Source of the DNA: a virus
Direction: 5' to 3' (one strand)
UHGV virus genome: UHGV-1351333
Length of the DNA stretch: 64,000 bases
The number at the start of each line of letters is the position of its first letter. The stretch's first letter is position 1. Both the position numbers and the translations under genes were made by a program. Below, in pieces: positions 26,150 through 35,764 of this stretch. Under the pieces are notes generated by a model. It did no database searches. It had not been told where the DNA came from and saw nothing but the letters and a program-made list of their open reading frames with translations.

Positions 26150-26359
26150 ATGCCTTACGATAAACACACGTTAGAACTTACTCTGGAAGAGCTTACGATG
26201 TTTGCCTCGAAGAATCCGAACTCTGATGCCGGATTTGTCGAAGCGTTGAATGTGGTTCGTGATTTTCAGCGTCAAGGGAAGCCTGTGGTTATTCTCTGGC
26301 CCAGCCGGAAGCCGGTGGAGGTCCATGAGAGGGTCGAAAGGCGCCAAGAAGCGGAATAA
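26150..26359 (+). CDS. Small hypothetical protein
   Basis: 69 aa. Upstream TTGCAAT...TATAGTTT promoter-like motif. Confidence 0.3.
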   Translation: MPYDKHTLELTLEELTMFASKNPNSDAGFVEALNVVRDFQRQGKPVVILWPSRKPVEVHERVERRQEAE

Positions 26360-26366
26360 TCGAAAA

Positions 26367-26383
26367 TTTGCAATCATTGCAAA
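26367..26383. promoter_or_regulatory. 7-3-7 inverted repeat TTTGCAATCATTGCAAA
   Basis: Intergenic, 34 nt upstream of the AAA+ ATPase ATG. Confidence 0.7.
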
Positions 26384-26416
26384 TTTTCATAATCCATAGC
26401 TATCGAGGGATACATC

Positions 26417-28090
26417 ATGACATCACAAGAAAAATACATTCAAAAATTGGACGACATGTTCGCCAGCGCGGTGAGTGTCGTATTTACGCCAAGCCGTGAA
26501 CCGCGCAGAACTGTAGAGGCTGTCAAGGCAATGGGGGCGCGGGACAATGTGCCGGTGTTCGTCTGGAACGATGTGTACGGCTGGAAAGTTTTTACCGGAC
26601 AGGACCGTACCGTAGGAGTTCCGGTTGACGCGGATTCCCCGGTAGGCAATTTTTATCAGGCGTTGCGCCGCATCCTGGGATTTAAAATCGGGGAAAACAC
26701 CAGTAACGCGTCTTCTCGGTTTGATTATGAAAAAGGCGCGGCATATATCGTCATGGAGGGCACTAGCCCGCATCTTGGTTTGCTTCCAATGACGACAACG
26801 CTTCTCAAGGATTACGCCTATTCCTTCCCGGAAACGCTCATGAGCCTTGTGTTGATTACGTCGGAATCCTACACCATTCCGGAAGAGCTGGCCCACGACA
26901 TTCTGGTTGTGGATTTTGACCTGCCGACAAAAACCGACTTGCGCCACGCATGGGAAAGCACCGTAGTCAATCAGTACGAGTCCAAGAACCTTCCGATTCC
27001 CGAAACCTATATTCCGGGGGACAGCGTGGATGCGCTGGTCAATGCAGCATCCGGCATGACGATTCTGGAAGCGGAAACTGCGTATTCAAGGGCTTTTACC
27101 CTCAATGACCGCCTGTTCCCGGATATTCCCGTTGAAAACCTTCTCGCGCAGGTCCACCGCTCGAAGGAAGACATTGTGAAAAAGTCACAGACACTGGAAA
27201 TGGTTAACCCCATTCCGGTTGATTCCATCGGCGGCCTGGAATTGCTGAAAGACTGGTTTATCACGCGGTCGGTATGTTTCAGCGAAGAGGCCCGCAAGGC
27301 GAAAGTTGATGCGCCTAAAGGCGTAGCCCTTATCGGGCCGCCTGGAACGGGTAAGTCGGTATGCTCCAAGGCGGTGGCATCCATTCTCAATCTTCCCCTC
27401 GTGCGGGTGGATTTGGGGCGGCTGTTCGGGTCTCTTATCGGTCAGACGGAAGCCCGCACCCGGACCATGTTGAAGGAATTGGAAGCTATGGCCCCCTGCA
27501 TTGTCTGGGTGGACGAAGTTGACAAGGCGGGCTTGTCTTCCGGGGCTAATGGAGATTCCGGCGTATCTTCCCGCCTGCTGGGTTCTCTGCTGACCCACAT
27601 GTCGGAAAATGAGTCTGGCTTGTTCTGGATTTTCACCGCCAACCGGACGGAGAATCTGCCGTCGGAATTCTTGCGGAAGGGGCGGCTGGATGAAGTCTTT
27701 TCCGTTCTGCCTCCGACTTGGGCCGAACGCCGCCAGATTTTTGACATCCACTTGAGCAAGCGCGGAATCAATATTGATGATATTGCCGACTTTGACCAGG
27801 TGCTGACGGAAAGCCGGGGATTCGTATCTGCGGAAATTGAAGCCGCGTGCAAGGAAGCGAAAGTGCTTTCTTTTTATCGGAACGTTCCGGTTACGAGCAG
27901 CCTTTTGCGGTCCACCCTTAAAGGCATCATTCCAATTTCGGAAGCGTACAAAGACCAGTTTGACGCTATGACCGAGTGGGCGCAGAATAACGCGAGGCCG
28001 TCTTCCGAGCAAGAGGTTGACGTTGATGCTTCCAGCCCGCTTCCGTCCAGCATTCCGGAATCGTTGCGTGCCCGCCGCCGCAGGCATTGA
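26417..28090 (+). CDS. AAA+ ATPase (Ycf46-like architecture)
   Basis: Walker A GPPGTGKS, Walker B IVWVDEVD, sensor/arginine region FTANRTENLPSEFLRKGRLDEVF. A 300-aa N-terminal domain precedes the AAA module. Confidence 0.75.
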   Translation: MTSQEKYIQKLDDMFASAVSVVFTPSREPRRTVEAVKAMGARDNVPVFVWNDVYGWKVFTGQDRTVGVPVDADSPVGNFYQALRRILGFKIGENTSNASSRFDYEKGAAYIVMEGTSPHLGLLPMTTTLLKDYAYSFPETLMSLVLITSESYTIPEELAHDILVVDFDLPTKTDLRHAWESTVVNQYESKNLPIPETYIPGDSVDALVNAASGMTILEAETAYSRAFTLNDRLFPDIPVENLLAQVHRSKEDIVKKSQTLEMVNPIPVDSIGGLELLKDWFITRSVCFSEEARKAKVDAPKGVALIGPPGTGKSVCSKAVASILNLPLVRVDLGRLFGSLIGQTEARTRTMLKELEAMAPCIVWVDEVDKAGLSSGANGDSGVSSRLLGSLLTHMSENESGLFWIFTANRTENLPSEFLRKGRLDEVFSVLPPTWAERRQIFDIHLSKRGINIDDIADFDQVLTESRGFVSAEIEAACKEAKVLSFYRNVPVTSSLLRSTLKGIIPISEAYKDQFDAMTEWAQNNARPSSEQEVDVDASSPLPSSIPESLRARRRRH

Positions 28091-28168
28091 TTAGCGTGGT
28101 GATTTTTTATCCTGCATTTTTTCAATATTTGTCTTGCAATTCTTAAATTAAAAGGGTATATTACTGAC

Positions 28169-28810
28169 ATGAGCAATGATTTAAGCACTCTTGATACCGT
28201 CACCGGGGAAATGCAGACGCTGGTGAATGGGTATGTTAAAGTGATTTTATTCAAGGTTCAGCTTCCGGGGCCGGGAACGCTGTACAAGGAAGATGGCATT
28301 TTCCGCAACAACGTTCCGGGCGTGAACCGCATCGGGTTCCCTGGGTCTATCGCCTCCCTGCAAAATGGGAGGCCGGAAGTGTGCGGAACGGTTTTTTCCG
28401 GGAAGTACAGCCTGACCCCAGGTTCTTTCCTTAAAATTTTTGTCAAGGCGCATCGGCGCAGGTCATTTCCGGAATCGGCCAGCCTGTTCATCAGGATGCG
28501 CCCTTCGGCCGCCTTGCGGCGTATCACTGTTTCCTGCCCGGAAGACCCTAAAGCCACCATTTCCGAGTTCAGCATTACCGGACGCTTCGACCTGGTAAAA
28601 CCCATTGAGGCCATTGCCGCCGGGTGTAGAATCCCTGAGCAGTTCAAGCTTGGGTACGCTCCCACAGTGGTAAACCGTTTGATGCGGTTTAGCGTTCTGT
28701 CTCCGGAAACAGCCACCCGGACCGTAGTCCGCACGGCTTCCGGGGAAGAAAAAGAAGTCATTGTCGCCAAGAGGCGGCGGCGTTTGGGCGGGGTACGTTC
28801 CCACTCCTGA
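28169..28810 (+). CDS. Hypothetical protein
   Basis: 213-aa ORF between the AAA+ gene and the DUF1257-like gene. Upstream solitary TTGCAAT promoter element. Confidence 0.4.
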   Translation: MSNDLSTLDTVTGEMQTLVNGYVKVILFKVQLPGPGTLYKEDGIFRNNVPGVNRIGFPGSIASLQNGRPEVCGTVFSGKYSLTPGSFLKIFVKAHRRRSFPESASLFIRMRPSAALRRITVSCPEDPKATISEFSITGRFDLVKPIEAIAAGCRIPEQFKLGYAPTVVNRLMRFSVLSPETATRTVVRTASGEEKEVIVAKRRRRLGGVRSHS

Positions 28811-28848
28811 AAAAAATCTCTCTCATTATCACCAACAAAAAATAAACC

Positions 28849-29334
28849 ATGAGCCATACAACCAAAGTCAAATCCGTAGTTATCCGGGACGTCCGGGCCA
28901 TTCGCGCCGCTGTGCAGGAACTCCAACGCGAGGGGCGGAAAATCGCCCTGAAAGAAAACGCCGTTCCGCGGATGTATTACAAGGACCAGTTCCAGTCGAG
29001 CACCAAACGCCAGCAGGCGGAATTCGTCATCGAATGTCAGGGAATGTCCGTCAGTACTGGAAAACCGTGTGACGTGGGCCTGGTCAAGCAGGACGACGGG
29101 ACGTTCATTCCGTATCTCGATACGTGGGGCGGGTACGTCAAAGAGCATTGCGGGAATCCGAAACTGACTGCCGGAAACGGCCTTACGGATTCGGATATTG
29201 CCATTGCCGCTTTTTCCCAGGCGTATTCCAAACATGCGGCTATTTTCGCGGCAACCGACCAGGGCTATACTGTCCAGGACTGTTATCTTGACTCCGCGGG
29301 CAACGTGCAGTTGACCGTAGCCACCGGATTTTAA
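28849..29334 (+). CDS. DUF1257 (Ycf35)-like protein
   Basis: MSHTTKVKSVVIRDVRAIRAAVQEL...AEFVIECQGMSVSTGKPCDVGLVKQDDGTFIPYLDTWGG follows the remembered DUF1257 pattern MSH..I.T.I.d...L..A...L....aefVI....yDvGf..q.dGsy....D.w. Based on recollection, not a search. Confidence 0.4.
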   Translation: MSHTTKVKSVVIRDVRAIRAAVQELQREGRKIALKENAVPRMYYKDQFQSSTKRQQAEFVIECQGMSVSTGKPCDVGLVKQDDGTFIPYLDTWGGYVKEHCGNPKLTAGNGLTDSDIAIAAFSQAYSKHAAIFAATDQGYTVQDCYLDSAGNVQLTVATGF

Positions 29335-29342
29335 TTCTGAAA

Positions 29343-29359
29343 TTTGCAACGATTACAAA
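29343..29359. promoter_or_regulatory. Degenerate 7-3-7 inverted repeat TTTGCAACGATTACAAA
   Basis: One mismatch in the right arm. 11 nt upstream of the DUF2997-like ATG. Confidence 0.5.
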
Positions 29360-29369
29360 AATCAAAAAC

Positions 29370-29573
29370 ATGGAGACAATTCACATTACGATTGACCCGG
29401 CAGGCCGTCCGACCCTGAAAGGGGAAGGGTTCACCGGCACAAAATGCAACGACCGCATGAAGGCTATCGAGGACAAGCTCGGCGCCGGAAAGGGAGCTAC
29501 GCGAACCGACCATCCGGAAATGTACGCGCCGGAAGAGACGACCAGCACGGAGCAGCCGATTCACATGTGGTAA
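29370..29573 (+). CDS. DUF2997-like small protein
   Basis: METIHITIDPAGRPTLKGEGFTGTKCNDRMKAIEDKLG matches the remembered DUF2997 pattern I.I.i..dG.v..ev.Gf.G..C...T..lE..LG. Lies next to the DUF1257-like gene, as is commonly seen. Confidence 0.4.
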   Translation: METIHITIDPAGRPTLKGEGFTGTKCNDRMKAIEDKLGAGKGATRTDHPEMYAPEETTSTEQPIHMW

Positions 29574-29593
29574 AAAATCAAACTGTCATTGTT

Positions 29594-29914
29594 ATGAGCC
29601 AGCAAATCACCATTTATCCGGACGGCGGCATGGAATCGCTCAGGGTAGCTTCCGGGAACGGGCTGGACCTGCGGATGTTCGGAACCGTAGAAGCCCGGCG
29701 CGTGTCTGATATAGTTTTCGACGATGCGGCGCAGAAGTGGAAAATTGACATACTTGGGCAGGGCCTGCTGACCTTTTCCGAGTGGGCCAATGTGGCGAAA
29801 AAGCCTTTGCCGCACTTTGCGCGGCTGGCGGCGGACGGCGTGATTTTGCTGGCGGAATACGAACAGGCAGTTGACGTTGAAGTGCAGTATTTTAACGCCC
29901 GGAGGATTAAATGA
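29594..29914 (+). CDS. Hypothetical protein
   Basis: First ATG in frame of ORF 29444-29914 after the upstream gene. Followed by a hairpin. Confidence 0.4.
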   Translation: MSQQITIYPDGGMESLRVASGNGLDLRMFGTVEARRVSDIVFDDAAQKWKIDILGQGLLTFSEWANVAKKPLPHFARLAADGVILLAEYEQAVDVEVQYFNARRIK

Positions 29915-29923
29915 GCAAAAAAA

Positions 29924-29957
29924 GACCCTCGACCAGCCGGAATCACTGGTCGAGGGC
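29924..29957. other. 13-bp-stem hairpin with A7 tract on 5' side (minus-strand terminator-like)
   Basis: GACCCTCGACCAG-CCGGAATCA-CTGGTCGAGGGC preceded by AAAAAAA and not followed by a T run. Confidence 0.35.
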
Positions 29958-30003
29958 CTGATACAAGTTACGCTGAAAACACTTTAATCGTGCGCCGTGA
30001 ATT

Positions 30004-30912
30004 GTGCCAAAATCTCATGTACAGTCAAGCGGAATTCAGGATTTTCACAAAATCTGGTGCTGGCTGTACCGAACGGTCCGCCCCGCGCTGGAAGCGGAAT
30101 CCGTTACATTGTTTCCCGTGCTGGAATTTGTGTTCGACCGGACATTGGCCCGCGGAAAGCCCTGGGAAGTTATCAGGCTTTTTCAGTTTTCGCAAAATCT
30201 GGCGTTGCACCGGAACACTATTTCCCGGAATATCAAGCGGCTGGTTGCGCTGGGGCTTGTTCTTGCCCGGAGTCCGAAACATGGCCGGGCGGTTTATTCC
30301 ATCAATTTAACCTGGACTGACACCGATATGATGAAAACACCGAAACGGGGCCGGACGGAAGCCCCTGTAATTCCCCTTTCCGAGATAGGCCGCATGGCGG
30401 CGGAAAAAGCGGCGGAAGCCAAAAAGAGAAAGCAGCGTAAATTGTCGTTTGACGCGGTTTCCGGTTTTTGGGCTTCTACCGTCATAGATTTGCTGGGAAA
30501 AGACGCTTTTATTGCGCCGACGAAAACGAATTACATGACGTTATTCGCCTACGCGAAACGGTTTACGTCCGGGGACAAAACTTTTTCTGATTTTAAGGAT
30601 TTTTTAACCTGGGCAATCGGCCGCTGGCAGCTTGTCATGCGAGATTCTTTCCGGTGGACAAAAAACACCGCCCCGAAAGTGCCGTCTATCGGCTGGCTGG
30701 TGAAATTTTCCGCTCAATTCGAGGAAGCTTATTTGCTTTATCTCAATCCGGTCGCGGGAAAAAACCTGTCTGCCGACCCAGCGGCCAAACCGGAGAGCAG
30801 CCGCCCCCGAACGGTCAGACCGAAAACGGCAAAGCCTAAACCACAGCCGCCGAAACTCCTGAGGCCGTCAGGCGCCGAGGCCGGAATTGACGAGCTTCCG
30901 GAGTGGCGATAA
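30004..30912 (+). CDS. Putative winged-HTH DNA-binding protein (replication initiator/organiser candidate)
   Basis: LFQFSQNLALHRNTISRNIKRLVALGLV is an HTH-like segment. Basic Pro-rich C-terminus. Sits upstream of the helicase gene. GTG start as in the ORF table; true start uncertain. Confidence 0.35.
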   Translation: MPKSHVQSSGIQDFHKIWCWLYRTVRPALEAESVTLFPVLEFVFDRTLARGKPWEVIRLFQFSQNLALHRNTISRNIKRLVALGLVLARSPKHGRAVYSINLTWTDTDMMKTPKRGRTEAPVIPLSEIGRMAAEKAAEAKKRKQRKLSFDAVSGFWASTVIDLLGKDAFIAPTKTNYMTLFAYAKRFTSGDKTFSDFKDFLTWAIGRWQLVMRDSFRWTKNTAPKVPSIGWLVKFSAQFEEAYLLYLNPVAGKNLSADPAAKPESSRPRTVRPKTAKPKPQPPKLLRPSGAEAGIDELPEWR

Positions 30913-30935
30913 TCCTCTACTGCTTTTTCAAAAAA

Positions 30936-31499
30936 ATGAATAACGCGATTTCCTGTGACGAAGTGGCCGCCGTGTTACGGCGCAACGGCGTTCCGAGAAT
31001 GTTTACCCGCCCTGGATATTCCGGGCTTTCGGACATTAAAAGCCGTCAGGCCAGCAATACGCGCGTATTGCTCCTTGACCGCGTAGCCGGATGTTCGGCC
31101 GCCGCCCCATTGGTGCTGGAATTGTCCGGAGACGGAAAAACGCCGACGGAAATATTTTACGGGGCGATACGGGTGCTGGTCCTCCGGTACAGATTTTCGG
31201 TGTTGGCGTCGAACCCGGCAGACCTGCTTTCCCGCATTGAGTCGTATTTCGATTTTTTGAAGACGGACAAGTACCATGTGCTGGCCTTATCTCCGCTGGT
31301 AGAGGACGACCGGACGGCGGGGTATCTTTCCCGGCCTGAGCTGTACCGGTTCGAGCGGTGCATTCAGAATTGGCTGTTGAGCGGAAGGCATCTTATCTTC
31401 AATGGGGCCAGACCGTTGAAAGATTCGGAAATGTTCAGCCGGGGCTTTATAAACTTTTTGACCAGTCAGGATAATTACATTTTCGTTCCGGAGGATTGA
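30936..31499 (+). CDS. Hypothetical protein
   Basis: First ATG in ORF 30903-31499. Ends 4 nt before the helicase gene. Confidence 0.4.
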   Translation: MNNAISCDEVAAVLRRNGVPRMFTRPGYSGLSDIKSRQASNTRVLLLDRVAGCSAAAPLVLELSGDGKTPTEIFYGAIRVLVLRYRFSVLASNPADLLSRIESYFDFLKTDKYHVLALSPLVEDDRTAGYLSRPELYRFERCIQNWLLSGRHLIFNGARPLKDSEMFSRGFINFLTSQDNYIFVPED

Positions 31500-31502
31500 C
31501 TT

Positions 31503-32774
31503 ATGGCCGTAGGCATTGATTTTTTGCGCGCCGTCTGCGCCGAACAGAACGTGTCCCTGCTCCACCAGGTGGACGCCACTTATTTTCTCGATGACGAGCA
31601 GCCTTTTTACCGGTTTGTCCGCAACCATTACGACAATTATCATTCATTGCCGGACGCGAGGGCGCAGGCCATTGGGCGGTTTTCCTTTAATACGCCGCTG
31701 GTCAACAACGGGCAATACTGGTTTGCCACGCTCGTCAACCGGACGCGGTACAATGCCGTGCGGAGATATTACTCTCAATTCCAGACGGCGATAAAGACCT
31801 ACGATTGGGAGCAGCTGCTTGGCATTACGTCGGCAATACAGTCATCAGTGCTCGCTGTCGGCGCCAGTCAGGGCTATACCAATATGCACCAGCAGGCCCA
31901 AGCGGTGTGGGAAGATTACCAGATTGCCAGACGGTCGTCTGACATGCGGGGCATCCCTACTCCGTGGGAGACGCTGAATCAGGCGACCGGGGGCTGGGCC
32001 GGGGGCGATTTGGTAGTGATTGCCGGACGTCCCGGCATGGGCAAATCGTGGTCGCTGCTCAAATGTATGGAGGCGGCCTTTACGGCGGGAAAAAAATGCG
32101 GATTCGTTTCTATGGAAATGTCGCCGATTCAAATCGCCCGCCGTTGGATAGGGCTTCGGGCCGGCATCAACCCGAACCTGATTAGGCAGGGGACTATGAC
32201 GACGTACTCGGAGCGCCGGATGCGGGATTTGATTGCCCGGATGGCGGACGAAGAAGCCCTCCATATCCTTTCCGGCGATATGTCGAAAACGACCGACAAA
32301 GTAGTGGGGATGATCGACCAGCTTCATCCGGACATCATGTTTGTTGATGCGGTTTATCTGCTTTCGCCGTCCGGGATGCGGCTTGGGTACGTGAAACGGT
32401 GGGAAGCGCTGACGGAAGTTATCCGGGAGCTAAAACAGTGCGCCATTAAAAATGGGATTCCGATTGTGATTACCGTGCAACTTAACCGGAACGTGAAAAC
32501 GAACTCAAGGCGGGAACTGGATTCCGGGGATATTTCCGGCTCGGATTCCATTCCGCAGGACGCGTCTATTTTGCTCGGTCAAAGACACGGGCCGGGTCCT
32601 TTCGGCTATCGCTACCGGTATTACGACTTTATGAAAAACCGGGACGGCGAAACTCCCGATTTCATGACCAATTTTGTTTTCGACCCCCCTAATTTTGATG
32701 AGGTTCCCATACCGGACGATGAGGCTTCCGGGGAACCTGTGGAGCCTGATTCGGCTACCGGTTACACTTACTAA
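31503..32774 (+). CDS. dnaB: Replicative DNA helicase, DnaB family
   Basis: LVVIAGRPGMGKSWSLL (DnaB Walker A G.RP.MGKT), FVSMEMS (DnaB SLEMS motif), and the RecA-like C-terminal domain. Confidence 0.8.
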   Translation: MAVGIDFLRAVCAEQNVSLLHQVDATYFLDDEQPFYRFVRNHYDNYHSLPDARAQAIGRFSFNTPLVNNGQYWFATLVNRTRYNAVRRYYSQFQTAIKTYDWEQLLGITSAIQSSVLAVGASQGYTNMHQQAQAVWEDYQIARRSSDMRGIPTPWETLNQATGGWAGGDLVVIAGRPGMGKSWSLLKCMEAAFTAGKKCGFVSMEMSPIQIARRWIGLRAGINPNLIRQGTMTTYSERRMRDLIARMADEEALHILSGDMSKTTDKVVGMIDQLHPDIMFVDAVYLLSPSGMRLGYVKRWEALTEVIRELKQCAIKNGIPIVITVQLNRNVKTNSRRELDSGDISGSDSIPQDASILLGQRHGPGPFGYRYRYYDFMKNRDGETPDFMTNFVFDPPNFDEVPIPDDEASGEPVEPDSATGYTY

Positions 32775-32791
32775 CCATTCCCGCCCTAAAA

Positions 32792-35623
32792 ATGATGAGA
32801 AAAACCAATACCGCCAACTTAAACCTGTTGCTTCAAAGTGACCGTAAAACGGTCAAGCCCCCGATTCTGGTCGTGTGCGAACCGCCCGGAGAACAGACCT
32901 TTTCCCAGGGCGGCGTCATGTCCCAATTCCACATGAGCCGGTTTAACCGGATGTGCAATGACTGCGGCATCCCGCTTTCAATGCTGGAATTCATTACGCC
33001 GTGCCCCCCGGTTCCGGAGGCCATTACCAAACGGGAAAAAAAGGTGCTTGAGTATTTGAGCCAGTACCGGGACGAGTTTATAACCGCCCTGAACAGGCTG
33101 CTTCCCGGAAAGCGCCTTGTTATCTTTTTAGGCAAAAACGCATTGAGACAGTTCGCCGGAAAGAATGTCTCGATTAAAGAATTGCGTGGGTCGTTCGAGC
33201 GTATTGACCCGAAGCTGATGGCCGTACCGGCATCCTTGCGTACCGTAGCTATCTACGGGCCGGGGCATTTCACCCGGTCGCCGGAAGTGCTTCCGGTCGT
33301 GGAGGCTGATATGCGCCAGATTGGCAACCTGATTAAAAATAATTGGGATTACTCCTGCTTCCGCTCGTCTATCGAGAGCGGCGAGTATGTCTGGTGCCGG
33401 GATTTATCGCCGCTGCTGGCAAACCCGCCGAAGTTTATCGGGCTTGACACGGAAACGCGGGGCCTGGATTACGCGATGGGACGGAAAGCCGTCCTGACTG
33501 TGCAGATGACCGTCAAGGATGGGAAAAGCCTGATTATTCCGTTAGACCCGGAGTTTTACAACAACAAAGTTTTACGCGATGAAACAGTCGATTACGGGGA
33601 AGACCTGACCCCGGATGAGGTGCGGAAAATCATTGGCCAATTGAAACAGCTTTTCGCCAATCCGGCCATTAAAGTTTTCGGCCATAATCTCAAGTTCGAC
33701 CTGCACCACCTGAAAAATTACGGAATCGAGGTGGCGAACTGGTTTGCGGACACGATGCAGCTTTCTTATGTTGTCGATGACAACATGCAGGAGCGGAATC
33801 TTGACGAGTGCACCCGCCGCTGGGTTAAGCCGATGGCCGGGTATGCCGACGAGTTTAACAAAAAAGTGGATAAAAGCCACATGGAGACGGTGCACCACCG
33901 CGAGTTTCTGCGCTATGCCGGAGGCGACACGGACGCCGTGTTTCGGCTTTACCGTGAGCTTGTCATTCTGGCCAAGCAGGACAGACGGAACTGGAATTGT
34001 TTTTTACGGGTGCAAATGCCCGCCCTGCGGGCGTTTTTGAAGATGGAGCATGTCGGCATGAATGTGGACCAGCAGTCCCTGCGTTCCTTGGGTGATGAGC
34101 TGGATGTGATGAACGCCGACCTGGAACGGGAACTTTCCGAAACGGTCAAACGTGATGTGCCCCAGGCGGTGAAAGAGTTGTTCGCTGACGGAAAGCCGCT
34201 TGATTTTAACTCGCCCAAATGCGTATCGCACTTGCTGTTCAGCCGCTCCGGGTACGGACTCGCCCCGAAAGTGTTTACTCAAGGCAGCACCAAAGATTCG
34301 CTGGTGCCGTCCGTGTCCATAAAAACGCATCTTCCTTTTTTTTCCGATTCCTGCCCGTTTGTTGCCCGATATATTGAGTATAAACAGCTTCAAATGCTTC
34401 GGAATACCTACGTCGGAAAGCCGCGCCAGAGCAAGGAGACGCCTATTGCCCGCCTGAAAAACGGCAATTATCCCGCGGTGTACAAAAAGGCGCTTGAAGA
34501 GATAGACGCTCAAATCATGGCTAAAGTCCCCGCGTTTACCCGGACGAGGGCCGCGGGCGGGGAATCTTCCCCGGACGGTCGGACCGTGTTGGCGCGGGCC
34601 GCAGTCCCAAAGGGCACTGTGGCGCTATATCGGGGCGGTCAGGCCACCATCACCACCGAGCAGCCTCCGTCCGGATTCTGGCAGAACATTTGCGCCGACG
34701 GGTCCATACACGCTACATTCCGGTTGGATAAAACCGTCACCGGGCGGTCGTCCTGCCAGAATCCGAATTTGCAGAATATTCCCAAGCGGGGGCGGCTGGC
34801 AAAAATGTTCCGCAGGGTGTTCACCGCCAGGCCGGGAAAAGTCATCATCGAATGCGACCTTTCTCAAGCCGAGCTGCGTATCGCAGCCTGGATGGCAAAT
34901 GAGCGGCACATGATTGAGCTGTACCGGAATGGCGTGGATATTCACGCCGCTACGGCGGCCAAGGCGGCGCAGATGACTTTGGAGCAGTTTCAGGCGCTTC
35001 CGCATGACCAATACAAAAAACTTCGTCAAAACGGGAAGCCCGTCAACTTCGGTTTTTTGTACGGCATGGGATGGGACAAATTTATGCGGTTCGCCAGAAC
35101 CGATTATGGCGTGACGTTTACTCCGGAAGAGGCTCAAAATATGCGCAAGCATTTTTTCGAGGCGTATCCGGCGCTTCAAATATGGCACAAAAATATGCGG
35201 GCTTTTGTCCGCAAACATGGGTACGTGCGCGCCCTCCACGGCAGCCTGCGGCGGCTTCCCGGCATCTATTCTACAGATGAGGCGGTCGTAGCTGAATGCG
35301 AGCGTCAGGCCATTAACTCGCCTGTTCAAAAATTCGCGTCGGATATAGGGCTTATGGCCCTTGCGGAATTTTCCAAGCATGACACTCCGGATTATTACGG
35401 CATTTCGTTTATTCACGACGCGAACTACATCGAGGTCAACGCCGAGGCGGCGTATGAAGTTACCGGGTGGCTGAAATGGCAAATGCAGAATATCCCGTTT
35501 TATGACTGGTTCGGCTTGGAGCCTCCGCTTCCCATCATAGCGGACGCGGCTGTAGGCCCCAGTCTGGACAAAACGGAGGAGCAGGAAAATCAGGAGGTTA
35601 TTGTTCCGCCGTGGGCAAAATAG
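32792..35623 (+). CDS. polA: DNA polymerase I-like (family A) with 3'-5' exonuclease domain
   Basis: Exo motifs FIGLDTETRGLD, FGHNLKFDLHHL and YAGGDTDAVFRLY. Pol motif A ECDLSQAELRIAAW, motif B RQNGKPVNFGFLYGMG, motif C FIHDANYIEV. Also NPNLQNIPKR. Confidence 0.9.
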   Translation: MMRKTNTANLNLLLQSDRKTVKPPILVVCEPPGEQTFSQGGVMSQFHMSRFNRMCNDCGIPLSMLEFITPCPPVPEAITKREKKVLEYLSQYRDEFITALNRLLPGKRLVIFLGKNALRQFAGKNVSIKELRGSFERIDPKLMAVPASLRTVAIYGPGHFTRSPEVLPVVEADMRQIGNLIKNNWDYSCFRSSIESGEYVWCRDLSPLLANPPKFIGLDTETRGLDYAMGRKAVLTVQMTVKDGKSLIIPLDPEFYNNKVLRDETVDYGEDLTPDEVRKIIGQLKQLFANPAIKVFGHNLKFDLHHLKNYGIEVANWFADTMQLSYVVDDNMQERNLDECTRRWVKPMAGYADEFNKKVDKSHMETVHHREFLRYAGGDTDAVFRLYRELVILAKQDRRNWNCFLRVQMPALRAFLKMEHVGMNVDQQSLRSLGDELDVMNADLERELSETVKRDVPQAVKELFADGKPLDFNSPKCVSHLLFSRSGYGLAPKVFTQGSTKDSLVPSVSIKTHLPFFSDSCPFVARYIEYKQLQMLRNTYVGKPRQSKETPIARLKNGNYPAVYKKALEEIDAQIMAKVPAFTRTRAAGGESSPDGRTVLARAAVPKGTVALYRGGQATITTEQPPSGFWQNICADGSIHATFRLDKTVTGRSSCQNPNLQNIPKRGRLAKMFRRVFTARPGKVIIECDLSQAELRIAAWMANERHMIELYRNGVDIHAATAAKAAQMTLEQFQALPHDQYKKLRQNGKPVNFGFLYGMGWDKFMRFARTDYGVTFTPEEAQNMRKHFFEAYPALQIWHKNMRAFVRKHGYVRALHGSLRRLPGIYSTDEAVVAECERQAINSPVQKFASDIGLMALAEFSKHDTPDYYGISFIHDANYIEVNAEAAYEVTGWLKWQMQNIPFYDWFGLEPPLPIIADAAVGPSLDKTEEQENQEVIVPPWAK

Positions 35624-35643
35624 TTCTGTTCTCTTCCTCGAAA

Positions 35644-35764
35644 TTTGCAATGATTGCAAATTTTTTTCGTGAACAGGATTTTTTATCTTGCAATTTCCAT
35701 TTTTTAGTGATATAAAAAAGCCATCACAGAGCGAAAGCCCTGAATCAATAAAAACACCACTATT
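35644..35764 (+). promoter_or_regulatory. Palindrome plus downstream TTGCAAT promoter element (non-conserved leader)
   Basis: TTTGCAATGATTGCAAA at 35644-35660, TTGCAAT at 35688-35694, then a unique leader to the 35765 ATG. Confidence 0.6.

Noticed and set aside
28258-29349. 363-aa minus-strand ORF
   Set aside because: Overlaps two plus-strand genes that fit conserved families and the co-directional operon. Also 27185-28087 and 26423-26947 shadow ORFs antisense to the AAA+ gene.
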